From the NCBI GenBank assembly GCA_023473585.1, contig JAMCYU010000005.1, positions 762 to 64,761 on the forward strand: a stretch of DNA of 64,000 nucleotides, given 5' to 3'. The position numbers were made by a program, and so were the translations under genes. Under the pieces are notes generated by a model. That model was not told the DNA's origin. It worked only from the letters and a program-made list of their open reading frames with translations, and did no database searches. The stretch comes from Patescibacteria group bacterium (GTDB taxonomy: Bacteria; Patescibacteriota; Microgenomatia; JAMCYU01). Position 1 is the first letter of the stretch. Every line of letters begins with the position of its first letter. Shown here one piece after another: positions 1-9,120 of the stretch.

Positions 1-615
1 ATCCGCCTCATCAAGGACAACTGAACCAAAATCAAAAAGACTGAGATTTCTGGAACGAAGAAAATCTTGAATTCTCCCCGGCGTGCCGATGACAAAACTG
101 GGATTCCTCCGAAGATCGTTCTTTTGCCTTGACATGTTCGCCCCTCCGATACAAAGCGCGCAGTCTATATTAAGACCTCTGGAAAAAGCGGAAAATTCAT
201 CCCTAATTTGGGTTGCCAGCTCGCGCGTTGGTGTCAATATTAAGATTTTCTGACTTCTGTCTTTTAAGACCTTATCTATAAGAGGGATTAAAAATGCCGC
301 TGTTTTGCCTGTTCCGGTATTGGCGATTCCAACCAAATCTTTACCATTAAGGATCGGTTCAATGGCCTGATCCTGAATAGGAGTGGGTGATTTGTACCCT
401 TTTTCAAAGATATTTCTTTTTAAGTCGGCAGAGATTGGAAAATCGGCAAAGGAGTGGGAGATAAGGTATTCCGGCTTTTTTTCATTGATTTCGGAATTGT
501 TTATTAAATCAATCGGATTAAAGGCTTTTATCTTTCTTATCCCACGATTTTGACTGCCGTTAAACCGGTTAAAATTTTGTCTTTGGTATGCCTGTTTTCT
601 AAGTTGTCCGTACAT
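1..615 (-). CDS. DEAD-box RNA helicase, N-terminal part (runs off window start; absent from ORF track)
   Basis: Manual translation from ATG at 615: Q motif (GYKSPTPIQ), Walker A (ANTGTGKT), PTRELA, GTPGR, ending LDEAD at base 1. Confidence 0.95.
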   Translation of the reverse strand, partial: MYGQLRKQAYQRQNFNRFNGSQNRGIRKIKAFNPIDLINNSEINEKKPEYLISHSFADFPISADLKRNIFEKGYKSPTPIQDQAIEPILNGKDLVGIANTGTGKTAAFLIPLIDKVLKDRSQKILILTPTRELATQIRDEFSAFSRGLNIDCALCIGGANMSRQKNDLRRNPSFVIGTPGRIQDFLRSRNLSLFDFGSVVLDEAD

Positions 616-790
616 TTTTTAAATTTTAAAAGCAATTGAAAGAACAAAACTGCCTAAATAAGAAAGATATAAGGTTACGGAGAAAAGATACAAAAAAGAG
701 TTAATAAACTTGAGGTATCTTTTTTCTAACGAAACAAAATATAGTTACATTTAAGCAGATTTCTTCTCTCAATCTGCAAGGGTAAAACCT

Positions 791-819
791 ATTATACTAC
801 GAAAAAGCTCATAAAGCAA
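791..819 (-). promoter_or_regulatory. sigma70-type promoter of the helicase
   Basis: TTGCTT (814-819), 17 bp spacer, TATAAT (791-796) on minus strand. Confidence 0.65.
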
Positions 820-854
820 ACCGGCCCTCCCGAGCGAACCGGGCTAAGGCATTA

Positions 855-1373
855 CTATCCTTTTTTATCAAGTTTAAATAATCTATTCGTTTCCTCTGAA
901 CTTGGCCAAAGCGTAATATTTTGGGAGTTAAATTTATCTCTTTTTATTTCGAGTATCATTTTTCTAACCATTCCAACAATAGCTTTGGTATCTGATGCCT
1001 TTTCATTCATTTGCGTCCTCGACATAATTTCATTTAAAAGTTGTTCGTCTTTTATCCATAGCGATAGTTCCAATGACATTTTATTCAGTTCTTCATAGTA
1101 GTTAATAAGTTCTTTTTCATCTAAAAAGTCTTTTTCGTGGCCTCTGTATTTTATCCATTTCGCGAAAAAAGTTGCTATTGTTTCCGCCTTTTGTCTTTGA
1201 AGCTGGGAAAATCTATAGTCTTCAAGTTTTTTATCGTATTCGTGTCGAATTGATTGCTCTAGGCGTATTTTTATCCAGTTTGCTAATAACCACTGAATAA
1301 CACTCAAAAGTATGGCCAATACAGACGTCCCCAATAATAGTTGGCCAATAGTAGCTTGGATAATTGTTGCCAT
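855..1373 (-). CDS. hypothetical protein with N-terminal transmembrane helix
   Basis: 172-aa ORF, hydrophobic N-terminus then charged helical region; no recognised motif. Confidence 0.7.
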   Translation of the reverse strand: MATIIQATIGQLLLGTSVLAILLSVIQWLLANWIKIRLEQSIRHEYDKKLEDYRFSQLQRQKAETIATFFAKWIKYRGHEKDFLDEKELINYYEELNKMSLELSLWIKDEQLLNEIMSRTQMNEKASDTKAIVGMVRKMILEIKRDKFNSQNITLWPSSEETNRLFKLDKKG

Positions 1374-1388
1374 ATTATCTCACCAGTA

Positions 1389-2177
1389 TTATTTGCTTGC
1401 CATTAAGGAAAACAACAGTGGTATCTCAATCTTTTTATCTTTAAAGACGTACTGTCCCTGCTTATTTTGCTTCATCAAGCCCGAAAACTGATCATACATC
1501 GTAAAAGGAAATTCATGAACATATTTGATTTTCAACCCTTCACTTAAAAGCGCGTTAATGACATCGCTTAGCGTGTAACTCCAAAGATAGGTCTTGCCTT
1601 TAATTTTGGCCTGCCAATCTGCATAAGTACCGGGAGAATCATCAATATCCGGGCCTTTGTCAAAATATTTATAAGAAATTTTAAAGTCATCGCTTAAAAT
1701 ATTGGTGAAAGGATGAAGTTCGACCAGGTAAAAGATCCCGCCGGGTTTTAGAAAATGATTAATAATTTTTGCCCATTTTTTTAGATTTTTAAGCCAGCAT
1801 AAAACTCCGTAAGAGGCAAAAATAATATCGAATTTTTTCTCCAAAACATTGGGTAAATTATAAATATCTGAAAGAATAAAAGTTGCCGGAAGATGAAACT
1901 CTTGACTTAATTTTCTGGCGGTTTCTATTGATTTCGAAGAAAAATCAACGCCGGTAACCATGGCCCCTTTTCGAGACCAGGAAAGTGTGTCTAGACCGAA
2001 ATGACACATAAGATGCAGAAGGCTTTGACCGCGAACATCTCCCATTTCCTCTTTTTCAATAACGGTTAAACTGCTTTTTCTCTTTTTAAAACCGGCCAAA
2101 TCGTAAAGTTTGGATCTTAAATGTATCGGCGTAACATTATTCCACCATTGCTTGTTGATTTGGGCGTAGTCCTTCAC
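1389..2177 (-). CDS. class I SAM-dependent methyltransferase
   Basis: LHLMCHFG motif I variant, GVDFS, FDIIF, LKPGG; GTG at 2177 preferred because it lies 6 nt from a TAAACT -10. Confidence 0.85.
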   Translation of the reverse strand: MKDYAQINKQWWNNVTPIHLRSKLYDLAGFKKRKSSLTVIEKEEMGDVRGQSLLHLMCHFGLDTLSWSRKGAMVTGVDFSSKSIETARKLSQEFHLPATFILSDIYNLPNVLEKKFDIIFASYGVLCWLKNLKKWAKIINHFLKPGGIFYLVELHPFTNILSDDFKISYKYFDKGPDIDDSPGTYADWQAKIKGKTYLWSYTLSDVINALLSEGLKIKYVHEFPFTMYDQFSGLMKQNKQGQYVFKDKKIEIPLLFSLMASK

Positions 2178-2210
2178 CAATCCAGTTTATCTCAATTGTC
2201 AGTTATTTGT

Positions 2211-2786
2211 CTAATTCAACTGTTGAATTACCTCATAAATTTTATGCAAATATCTTTTGTCTCCAATATTGTGTTCCGCCCTGGCGATGGGCAACAAATA
2301 TTTATGGCGATTTAAAATCTCGCCAAAAGCTTCACGCACCCTGTTTTTCAACGACTTATCTTCTTTCCCTCCATATAGCATAAAGATTTTTTGGGCTTTA
2401 ATCCGTTTGGCTAAACTTAAACACTTTAAATTCACAAAATCCTGATCATGTGGGTTTTGTTCTTTTTGCAAATCTTCTTCAAAATAGGGTGATAAGGAAC
2501 AAAGAATTAAGCCGTCAGTTTTAACCTTGGTTGAGGTAATAAAAGCGATCATGGCTCCGTAAGAAAATCCGAGAAGATATTGCTTGCCAATTTTCTTTCC
2601 CAATCTTTTTTTCTTCAATTCGTGTAAAAAATAAGCGGTATTTTCGGCAATGGTCGTTTGTTGCCAAGGGATTGTCACGGGCACGGGAAGATAACCTTGG
2701 TTTTTAAGCATTTTGGCAATTTGCCGGTAGGCTTGATGCGTCGGCAGATGACGGTAGCCCGGAATAATATAAACGGCTTTTTCCAT
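2211..2786 (-). CDS. alpha/beta-hydrolase fold protein
   Basis: GFSYG nucleophile elbow (GxSxG), early IIPG oxyanion motif, late Asp (GGKED) and His (AEH). Confidence 0.75.
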   Translation of the reverse strand: MEKAVYIIPGYRHLPTHQAYRQIAKMLKNQGYLPVPVTIPWQQTTIAENTAYFLHELKKKRLGKKIGKQYLLGFSYGAMIAFITSTKVKTDGLILCSLSPYFEEDLQKEQNPHDQDFVNLKCLSLAKRIKAQKIFMLYGGKEDKSLKNRVREAFGEILNRHKYLLPIARAEHNIGDKRYLHKIYEVIQQLN

Positions 2787-2864
2787 AATTTCCGGGCAGT
2801 TGGGGGATTATATCACAGGTAAAGCTTTTCTGTCTTTTGAGGAATAAACTGAGCCGGCGAAGTG

Positions 2865-2935
2865 TTTCGGGGCTTGGATTCGAACCAAGACTAGTAGCTT
2901 CAGAGGCTACTGTCCTACCGTTAGACGACCCCGAA
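2865..2935 (-). tRNA. tRNA-Gln(CUG), CCA not encoded
   Basis: Cloverleaf: acceptor TTCGGGG/CCCCGAA, anticodon arm GTAGC-CTCTGAA-GCTAC, T arm CTTGG-TTCGAAT-CCAAG. Confidence 0.95.
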
Positions 2936-2982
2936 ATAGATTTACAAGGCTAATTTTAACACAATTTGGGGTTTTTGTCAGC

Positions 2983-3008
2983 TACTATATTGCTTTAAAG
3001 TAATATAG
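2983..3008. repeat. 26-bp near-palindromic repeat, copy 1
   Basis: TACTATATTGCTTTAAAGTAATATAG; exact reverse complement at 31061-31086. Confidence 0.85.
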
Positions 3009-3011
3009 CGA

Positions 3012-3350
3012 CTAACCAGTTCTTCTTTTCTGAACAAGATAATTAAACTGAGAGAAATATTTTTGCCATTGTCCGTCTGTTTGAAAGTATCGGTTATTAC
3101 CAATAAAAAAATCGCAAAATAATTCCCTTGCCCGCAAAATTTCTTTTAGGCGGTTTCTATTGGAAGGGTCAGAAACAGTTAAATCAAAAAGCTCTAGCGC
3201 CCTAATAAAGGCCCCTTTTGCCGTCTCATTATCGCCTTTTGCCCGCCAAGAGATCGCTCGAAAAACCTCGCTCCCGATATTGGCCATCTGTTCAATTAAG
3301 TCCAGGTTATTCCATTTTCCAGAAGCAAGAGATAGGTGTTGAAAAGTCAT
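3012..3350 (-). CDS. conserved small helical hypothetical protein
   Basis: 112 aa, EQMANIGSEV...RALEL.DLT...EILRARE pattern; ATGA overlap with upstream gene. Confidence 0.75.
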   Translation of the reverse strand: MTFQHLSLASGKWNNLDLIEQMANIGSEVFRAISWRAKGDNETAKGAFIRALELFDLTVSDPSNRNRLKEILRARELFCDFFIGNNRYFQTDGQWQKYFSQFNYLVQKRRTG

Positions 3351-3688
3351 TTTATAATTAAATTATCAACTATCTTGATAATTTTTTCTCTAATTTTTAA
3401 ATCATCAATTCCCCTGCTGTTATTGCCGTAAGCTGGTCGTAGATTAATCATTGAATCAAACTCAATGAAATCTTCTCCTGTTTTTTTCGGATAAAGGTTT
3501 ATTCCCCATAAATTTTCCTGTTTGGAACCACTATTTATAAGTAAAGTCTCTTCATCCGCATGTAGTTCTCCGTCAACGGCGATTATTTCTTTTTCGACAT
3601 CAACCACAACTTTAACTAAATCTCCAAACGTCTTCTCGGCCATTTTTTTTAACTCTTCAAGGGTTATTTTTTTAGTAAAAATCTTCAT
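3347..3688 (-). CDS. DUF5674-like protein
   Basis: VKVVVD, ELHADEE, GSKQENLWGINLYP, EFDSMINLRP motifs recalled for this family. Confidence 0.75.
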   Translation of the reverse strand: MKIFTKKITLEELKKMAEKTFGDLVKVVVDVEKEIIAVDGELHADEETLLINSGSKQENLWGINLYPKKTGEDFIEFDSMINLRPAYGNNSRGIDDLKIREKIIKIVDNLIIK

Positions 3689-3692
3689 AAAT

Positions 3693-5120
3693 TTACTTTA
3701 TTTTCTCAAGGCTTACTTGGAGACGATCGAGAGTTTCTGTCTTGCCCAAAACCTCCATCGTTTCAAAAAGAGGCGGGGTCACCGTTTTTCCGGTTAAGGC
3801 AATTCTTAAAATCATAAAAAGATCACCGTCTTTAAGACTTAATTCTTTCGCTACTCCCCGGCCTTCTTTTTCCAAATCCTGCTTTTTCCATGATTTTAAT
3901 TTGTCAATTTTAAAAAGAAACAGATTTAAAGGGGTTTCCACTTCTTCTTTAGTTTTTCCCGATAAAAGTAAAGTCGGATCAACCGCAGGTTTTTTGAAGA
4001 AAAAGTCGGTGAAATTCTCAAAATCGGTGAGTTTTTTCATGCGCTCGACAACTAACGGCAGAATTTGGGCAATCTTCTCTTCCGGGTATTTTTTAAGATA
4101 GAATTCAAAGATTTGCTTGGCCAGCTGACGAATTGGTTTTTGTCTTAAATAGACGCCGTTTACCCAGTCTAATTTTTGCAGATCAAAAACCGGACCGGTT
4201 GTTTGAATTTTCTCGAGTTTTAATTTCTTAATAAATTCCTCTAAAGTGAAAATTTCCTTGGCTTCCGGGTGCGCCCAGCCCATCAGCGCCAGGTAATTAA
4301 GTATGGCCTCGGGCAGATAGCCCTGCTCGCGATACCAGGAAAGCCAAACCGGATTGTGCCTTTTGGAAAGTTTTGAGTGGTCAGGATTGCGAAGAAGCGG
4401 CAGATGGGCAAAAAAAGGCAACTCCCAACCCAAAGCCTTATAAATTAAAATATGTTTCGGTGTTGAGGAAATCCATTCTTCGGCCCGAATAATATGGGTT
4501 ATCTTCATTAAGTGATCATCCGTAACCACCCCTAAATGATAGGTCGGAAAACCATCCGATTTTAAAAGAACCTGATCATCAATTAGGCCGTTTTCAAAAG
4601 TAATTTCACCCCTGATCAAATCAGTAAATTTTGTCTGTCCGGCCTGAGGAACTTTAAGTCTGATAACGTAGGGCGTTTTGTGTTTTAATTTTTGCCGTAT
4701 TTCCTCGTTTTTTAAGGAGCGGCACCTTTGATCATATCGGGGCACCTCGCCGCGTTTTTGTTGAATTTCACGCATTTCCTCCAAAGTTTTGGTATCGCAA
4801 AAACAATAATAAGCCGCCCCCACCCTCACCAGTTCCTCGGCATAATTTTTATAAATTTTTAGCCTGTCTGACTGCCGATAGGGCGCATAAGGACCACCGA
4901 TATCCGGTCCTTCATCATAAGCCAACCCTAACCAGCAAAGAGAATCCAAAATTCTTTCTTCCGAACCGGAAACCAAACGTGTCCTGTCGGTATCTTCAAT
5001 TCTGATTAAAAATTTACCCTTATTTTGTTTGGCAAAAGCAAAATTGATTAAAGCCGTGTAGACATTGCCGATATGTAAGTCTTCGCCGGTCGGCGACGGC
5101 GCGATTCTGACGCGTACCAT
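3693..5120 (-). CDS. gltX: glutamate--tRNA ligase
   Basis: RIAPSPTG..LHIGN (HIGH), RIEDTD, KLSKR (KMSKS), C-terminal anticodon-binding domain. Confidence 0.97.
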   Translation of the reverse strand: MVRVRIAPSPTGEDLHIGNVYTALINFAFAKQNKGKFLIRIEDTDRTRLVSGSEERILDSLCWLGLAYDEGPDIGGPYAPYRQSDRLKIYKNYAEELVRVGAAYYCFCDTKTLEEMREIQQKRGEVPRYDQRCRSLKNEEIRQKLKHKTPYVIRLKVPQAGQTKFTDLIRGEITFENGLIDDQVLLKSDGFPTYHLGVVTDDHLMKITHIIRAEEWISSTPKHILIYKALGWELPFFAHLPLLRNPDHSKLSKRHNPVWLSWYREQGYLPEAILNYLALMGWAHPEAKEIFTLEEFIKKLKLEKIQTTGPVFDLQKLDWVNGVYLRQKPIRQLAKQIFEFYLKKYPEEKIAQILPLVVERMKKLTDFENFTDFFFKKPAVDPTLLLSGKTKEEVETPLNLFLFKIDKLKSWKKQDLEKEGRGVAKELSLKDGDLFMILRIALTGKTVTPPLFETMEVLGKTETLDRLQVSLEKIK

Positions 5121-5169
5121 ACAGATTGAATTTTAACATAAGAGGATGCTATACTCAATTTGCTGCCCA

Positions 5170-6231
5170 ATGACAACCTTAACCGAAACAGCTTATTACA
5201 CCAGAAAAGCCATTAATTGGGGCTTGATTGCCCTGGTTTTACTTTTTATTTTTAAAATTTTCCTTGATCTGACTCTTACAGCCTGGAAAAAAATTCATCC
5301 TCCGGCCCCGCCGCCGCCGACGGTTTCTTTCGGCAAATTACCGGCCTTGAAATTTCCCGCTGTCGAAAGTGACCCTTCCTCTCCTAAACTTAATTTTAAA
5401 CTGGAAACTATTGACGGCAAAACACCGATCGCTTCTTCAACAGGAACGGTCTTTTTCATGCCTAAACCTTCTCCGAATTTGCTTTCTTTAAACAGGACTC
5501 AACAATTCGCCCAAAAAATGGGTTTTACCGCTGAACCCCAGGCCGAAAATCAAAATCTTTATCGGTGGCAGGACAACGAAATCCCGCAAAGAATCTTAAG
5601 GGTTGATATTGTCAACGGCAATTTTAAATTATCTTACGATTACGGGTCCGACCTGTCAGTCTTTACGGAAAAAAATCTGCCCAACCAAACAAAGGCCATG
5701 AACGAAACCACAAATTATCTGCAAAATTTAGGGCTTTTTTCCACTCCCCTGGAAAAAGGTGAAAATAAAGTCAGCTACTATCAGCTTATGGACAACAATC
5801 TTCTTCCGACAACGAGTTTGGCAAACGCTGACGCGGTCAGAATTGATTTGGGAAGAGAAGATTTATTGGGTTTAAAACTTCTTTCCGTCAAATATCCTCA
5901 AGAATTAATTAATCTGATTTTCTCCGGAAGCAAACAAACTAAAAAAAGATTTCTTGAACTAAACTATATTTTTTGGAAAATCGAGGAAGAACAATCGGCC
6001 ACTTATCCTTTGAAAACATCGGCTCAGGCTTGGGAAGAGCTACGAAATGGCGGCGGTTTCATCGTGCGGCCGCCGGATGACAAACAAAACGTCATTGTGA
6101 GAAAAATCTATCTGGCCTATTTCTACCCTGAAGAGTACCAAAATTTTCTTCAGCCGATTTTCGTTTTTGAAGGCGACGGTAATTTCCTTGCCTTTATCCC
6201 TGCCGTCAGTCCTTCCTGGACGGCTCAATAA
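5170..6231 (+). CDS. hypothetical membrane-anchored exported protein
   Basis: Single N-terminal TM, Pro-rich linker (PPAPPPP); ATG 5170 chosen as it lies downstream of a TGCTATACT extended -10. Confidence 0.75.
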   Translation: MTTLTETAYYTRKAINWGLIALVLLFIFKIFLDLTLTAWKKIHPPAPPPPTVSFGKLPALKFPAVESDPSSPKLNFKLETIDGKTPIASSTGTVFFMPKPSPNLLSLNRTQQFAQKMGFTAEPQAENQNLYRWQDNEIPQRILRVDIVNGNFKLSYDYGSDLSVFTEKNLPNQTKAMNETTNYLQNLGLFSTPLEKGENKVSYYQLMDNNLLPTTSLANADAVRIDLGREDLLGLKLLSVKYPQELINLIFSGSKQTKKRFLELNYIFWKIEEEQSATYPLKTSAQAWEELRNGGGFIVRPPDDKQNVIVRKIYLAYFYPEEYQNFLQPIFVFEGDGNFLAFIPAVSPSWTAQ

Positions 6232-7159
6232 TCTGCCAGGTAAAATTACCAAAGACCCAATTAATCAGCGTGTTTGTTTCTCCGAAACGATCCTGGCTTC
6301 CCAAAACCACGATTAAAATCTTTTTTCCGTTTTTATTAAGAGCCGTAATCAAACACTCACCGGCGTTTTCAGTCCAGCCGGTTTTAACCCCTAAAACACC
6401 GGGAATTTTCCCTAAAAGCGCGTTGACGTTTTCCAGTTTATAAAATCTGGTAAAACCGACGTCGTGAACCGTAATCGCCGGCGTACCGACAATTTTCGCG
6501 ACCGTCGGGTTGTTTAGAGCGATTGTCGCCAGGCGGGCCAAATCGCGCGCCGAAGTGTAATGGGCGTTTTCTTCGAAACCGGCCGGATTAGTAAAATGAG
6601 TATCTTCTAAAGAAAATTCTCGGGCTTTTTGGTTCATTTTTTCCATAAAACGCTCATCGCCGCCGGGATAATTTTGGGCCAAAACAAAAGCGGCGTCATT
6701 GGCCGAGTGCACTAAAAGGCCATAAAGAAGATTTTCCACCGTTAGTTTGTCACCGACAGCCAAATCCATAGTCTTCCCTTCACTTATAACTTTCTCAACT
6801 AACAAAACGTCATCCAGTTTATATTGATCAAGAGCAACCAAGGCGGTCATTAATTTGGTCGTTGAGGCCGGCGCCAGTCTCATTTGAGGATTTTTTTGCA
6901 AAAGAACAATTTGCGAAGGTAAATCAATAACCAAAATGGCTTCGGCAGACAGTTGAGGAGACAAAACGCCACTTAAATTCATGGGGTATGGAGCTGGCGT
7001 TGGGATAGTCAGTGGAAAATCGAGAAGCGGCGGAATTTTTTCTTTTTCTTTTTTTTGATAAATATTCTGTCCCGGCAACAATAAAAAAAACAAAAGAATT
7101 AAACTTAATAAGAGCAGAGAAATTTTTGAAATCTCGTGAAGAGAATTTTTTTTCGCCAT
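6206..7159 (-). CDS. D-alanyl-D-alanine carboxypeptidase (peptidase S11)
   Basis: STTK, SAN and KTG penicillin-binding-protein motifs; N-terminal TM; start moved to ATG 7159 just after the aspS stop. Confidence 0.9.
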   Translation of the reverse strand: MAKKNSLHEISKISLLLLSLILLFFLLLPGQNIYQKKEKEKIPPLLDFPLTIPTPAPYPMNLSGVLSPQLSAEAILVIDLPSQIVLLQKNPQMRLAPASTTKLMTALVALDQYKLDDVLLVEKVISEGKTMDLAVGDKLTVENLLYGLLVHSANDAAFVLAQNYPGGDERFMEKMNQKAREFSLEDTHFTNPAGFEENAHYTSARDLARLATIALNNPTVAKIVGTPAITVHDVGFTRFYKLENVNALLGKIPGVLGVKTGWTENAGECLITALNKNGKKILIVVLGSQDRFGETNTLINWVFGNFTWQIIEPSRKD

Positions 7160-7161
7160 GA

Positions 7162-8487
7162 CTATTTTTTCTTCTCGTTGAGTCTTCTGTCTATTCTTTC
7201 CATGTCTCTGGGGAAAAGACTGGCCAGACGGACATTTTCCAAACCTAAAATCTGCATCGTTATTCTTTCTGCCCCTAAACAAAACCCCCCTTCGGGCGGT
7301 ATCCCATATTTAAAGGCTTGCAGATAAAGATCAAAATCCTCAGGTTTATTCCCCCATTTTCTAACATGGTCTAAAAGCATTTGATAATCATTGATTCTCC
7401 TCCCACCGGTAACCCATTCCAGACCCCTGCCTAACAAATCAAAACTATTGGTAAATTCCGGATCTTCCTCATCGGGAAAGGTATAAAACGGCCGTTTTTT
7501 CGTCGGGTAATGGGTGATAAAAATTAAATCCGACCCGTGTTCTTCAAGCGCGAAGCGGCAGATTTCTTTTTCGTCTTCCGGTTCCAAATCAGGTTCATGT
7601 CTATTATCTTTGCCTGTTCTTTTAAAAATAATTTCCTGCGCCTCTCTCATTTTAATTCTGGGAATCTTACTTGAAAGTTTCGGCAGGGTCGCGGAAAACA
7701 ATTTAAGTTCCTCTTTATTTTCTTCTTCCACTTTTTGGAAAATAGCCCTCATTAACAGTTCTACCATATCCATGATGTCTTCAAAAGATTCGATGAATCC
7801 CATTTCCGCGTCCAGCCCGAGATATTCGGTCATGTGACGGGTGGTTATTGACGGTTCGGCTCTGTAGGCATGAGCCAAAGTAAAAACTCTTTCAAAAATT
7901 CCCACCATGATTTGTTTATAAAGCTGCGGAGATTGAGCTAAGTACGCCTCGTGTTCAAAATATTTTATTTTAAAAACTTGGGCGCCGCCCTCGGTGGCCG
8001 ACGGAACGATCGTGGGAACCTGAATTTCCGTAAATCCCTGTTTTCTTAAAAATTCCCTAAAGCCTTCGATAATTGTTTCCTGAACTTTAAAAATGGCCCT
8101 GTTTTTTGGATGACGCAAACTTAAAGAACGAAAATCTAAAAGAGTCGGCAGACTGACCTTTAATTCTTCCTGTCCCATATCAAACGGCAATTCTTCAGCC
8201 TTGGTTAAAATTTTTACTTCTTTGACTTCAACTTCAACTTTGCCGGTTTGGATTTTTGCGTTAACCATATTCGTTGGTCTTTCCTTAACCAACCCGATGA
8301 CCTCAACCACGTCTTCTGGTCTTAGTTCTTTTAATTCCGAACCGCCGACGACCTGAACAAGACCGCTTCGGTCACGAAGATCAATAAAAATAATCTTACC
8401 GTGATCCCTGTGGGTATTGACCCAACCGTAAAGTTTGACTTTTTGACCTATAAGTTTTGGGGTTTCAGAAATTTTGGTTCTTTCCAT
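7162..8487 (-). CDS. aspS: aspartate--tRNA ligase, short archaeal-like (probably non-discriminating) type
   Basis: OB-fold (FIDLRDRSG), LAQSPQLYKQ, YRAE..TTRH, PPEGGFCLGAER; 441 aa without the bacterial GAD insertion. Confidence 0.9.
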   Translation of the reverse strand: MERTKISETPKLIGQKVKLYGWVNTHRDHGKIIFIDLRDRSGLVQVVGGSELKELRPEDVVEVIGLVKERPTNMVNAKIQTGKVEVEVKEVKILTKAEELPFDMGQEELKVSLPTLLDFRSLSLRHPKNRAIFKVQETIIEGFREFLRKQGFTEIQVPTIVPSATEGGAQVFKIKYFEHEAYLAQSPQLYKQIMVGIFERVFTLAHAYRAEPSITTRHMTEYLGLDAEMGFIESFEDIMDMVELLMRAIFQKVEEENKEELKLFSATLPKLSSKIPRIKMREAQEIIFKRTGKDNRHEPDLEPEDEKEICRFALEEHGSDLIFITHYPTKKRPFYTFPDEEDPEFTNSFDLLGRGLEWVTGGRRINDYQMLLDHVRKWGNKPEDFDLYLQAFKYGIPPEGGFCLGAERITMQILGLENVRLASLFPRDMERIDRRLNEKKK

Positions 8488-8580
8488 AGCCCGATTATAG
8501 GACTCTGGGTTTGATTTGACAATAAGTAAAGGCTATGATAAATATCATCATGCCTCCTCAAAGGAGGTTTTTTAATAAAG

Positions 8581-9120
8581 ATGACCATAGAAATTTCTAG
8601 CCAATCAAGAAAGATCGAGGAAGAAAAGAGACGCGGCTACCTTCTCTTTAAAGTTGACGGTGCTAAAGATCATCTTGTTTGTCCTTGGCCTAAAGATTGG
8701 AAAATTCCCAGAAATGCGATTGTCGGATTAGGGATTCCGACCAACGAAGAACAATCCCTGGTGATTGCTTTTTCACCCAGCAGAGGTCTTCCTTCTCATG
8801 CCTTTTTAGACGCGACCATTCATCATATATGTCCTGACTGTTGTTATTTTTCTGCATCTCTTCGTTCCTATAGGGGCCATAGCATTTTAACGCTTTCGAC
8901 TCTGACCGAAGAAGACAGGAAAAAAGCCGAAGAAGCCGGCGTTATTTATCAAAATCCAGATCAAGTCTTAACCGACGCTGATTTAAAAGTAATTGCTGAA
9001 GCTTTGGGCGCTTGTGAATATACTTTTGCTTTAGAATCTCGTCATATACGGGCCATGCACGAACCTCTTGGCGGTATCGATTATTTACGTCGAAAGTTGC
9101 AAACGACTTCCGGAGATTAG
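8581..9120 (+). CDS. hypothetical orphan protein
   Basis: 179-aa ORF filling the gap between aspS and recJ, AGGAGG upstream; no recognised domain. Confidence 0.6.
   Translation: MTIEISSQSRKIEEEKRRGYLLFKVDGAKDHLVCPWPKDWKIPRNAIVGLGIPTNEEQSLVIAFSPSRGLPSHAFLDATIHHICPDCCYFSASLRSYRGHSILTLSTLTEEDRKKAEEAGVIYQNPDQVLTDADLKVIAEALGACEYTFALESRHIRAMHEPLGGIDYLRRKLQTTSGD

Noticed and set aside
3693-5120. Calling GluRS discriminating or non-discriminating from one anticodon-domain Arg
   Set aside because: Single-residue rule has known exceptions and cannot be aligned reliably by eye
6206-6231. Convergent 3' overlaps (also 9117-9120 and 12140-12151)
   Set aside because: Ordinary consequence of genome compaction
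7160-7282. Long N-terminal extensions in the ORF track (peptidase S11; likewise tuf, fusA, miaB)
   Set aside because: Arise from the most upstream start codon; downstream ATGs fit the motifs, SD or promoter positions better
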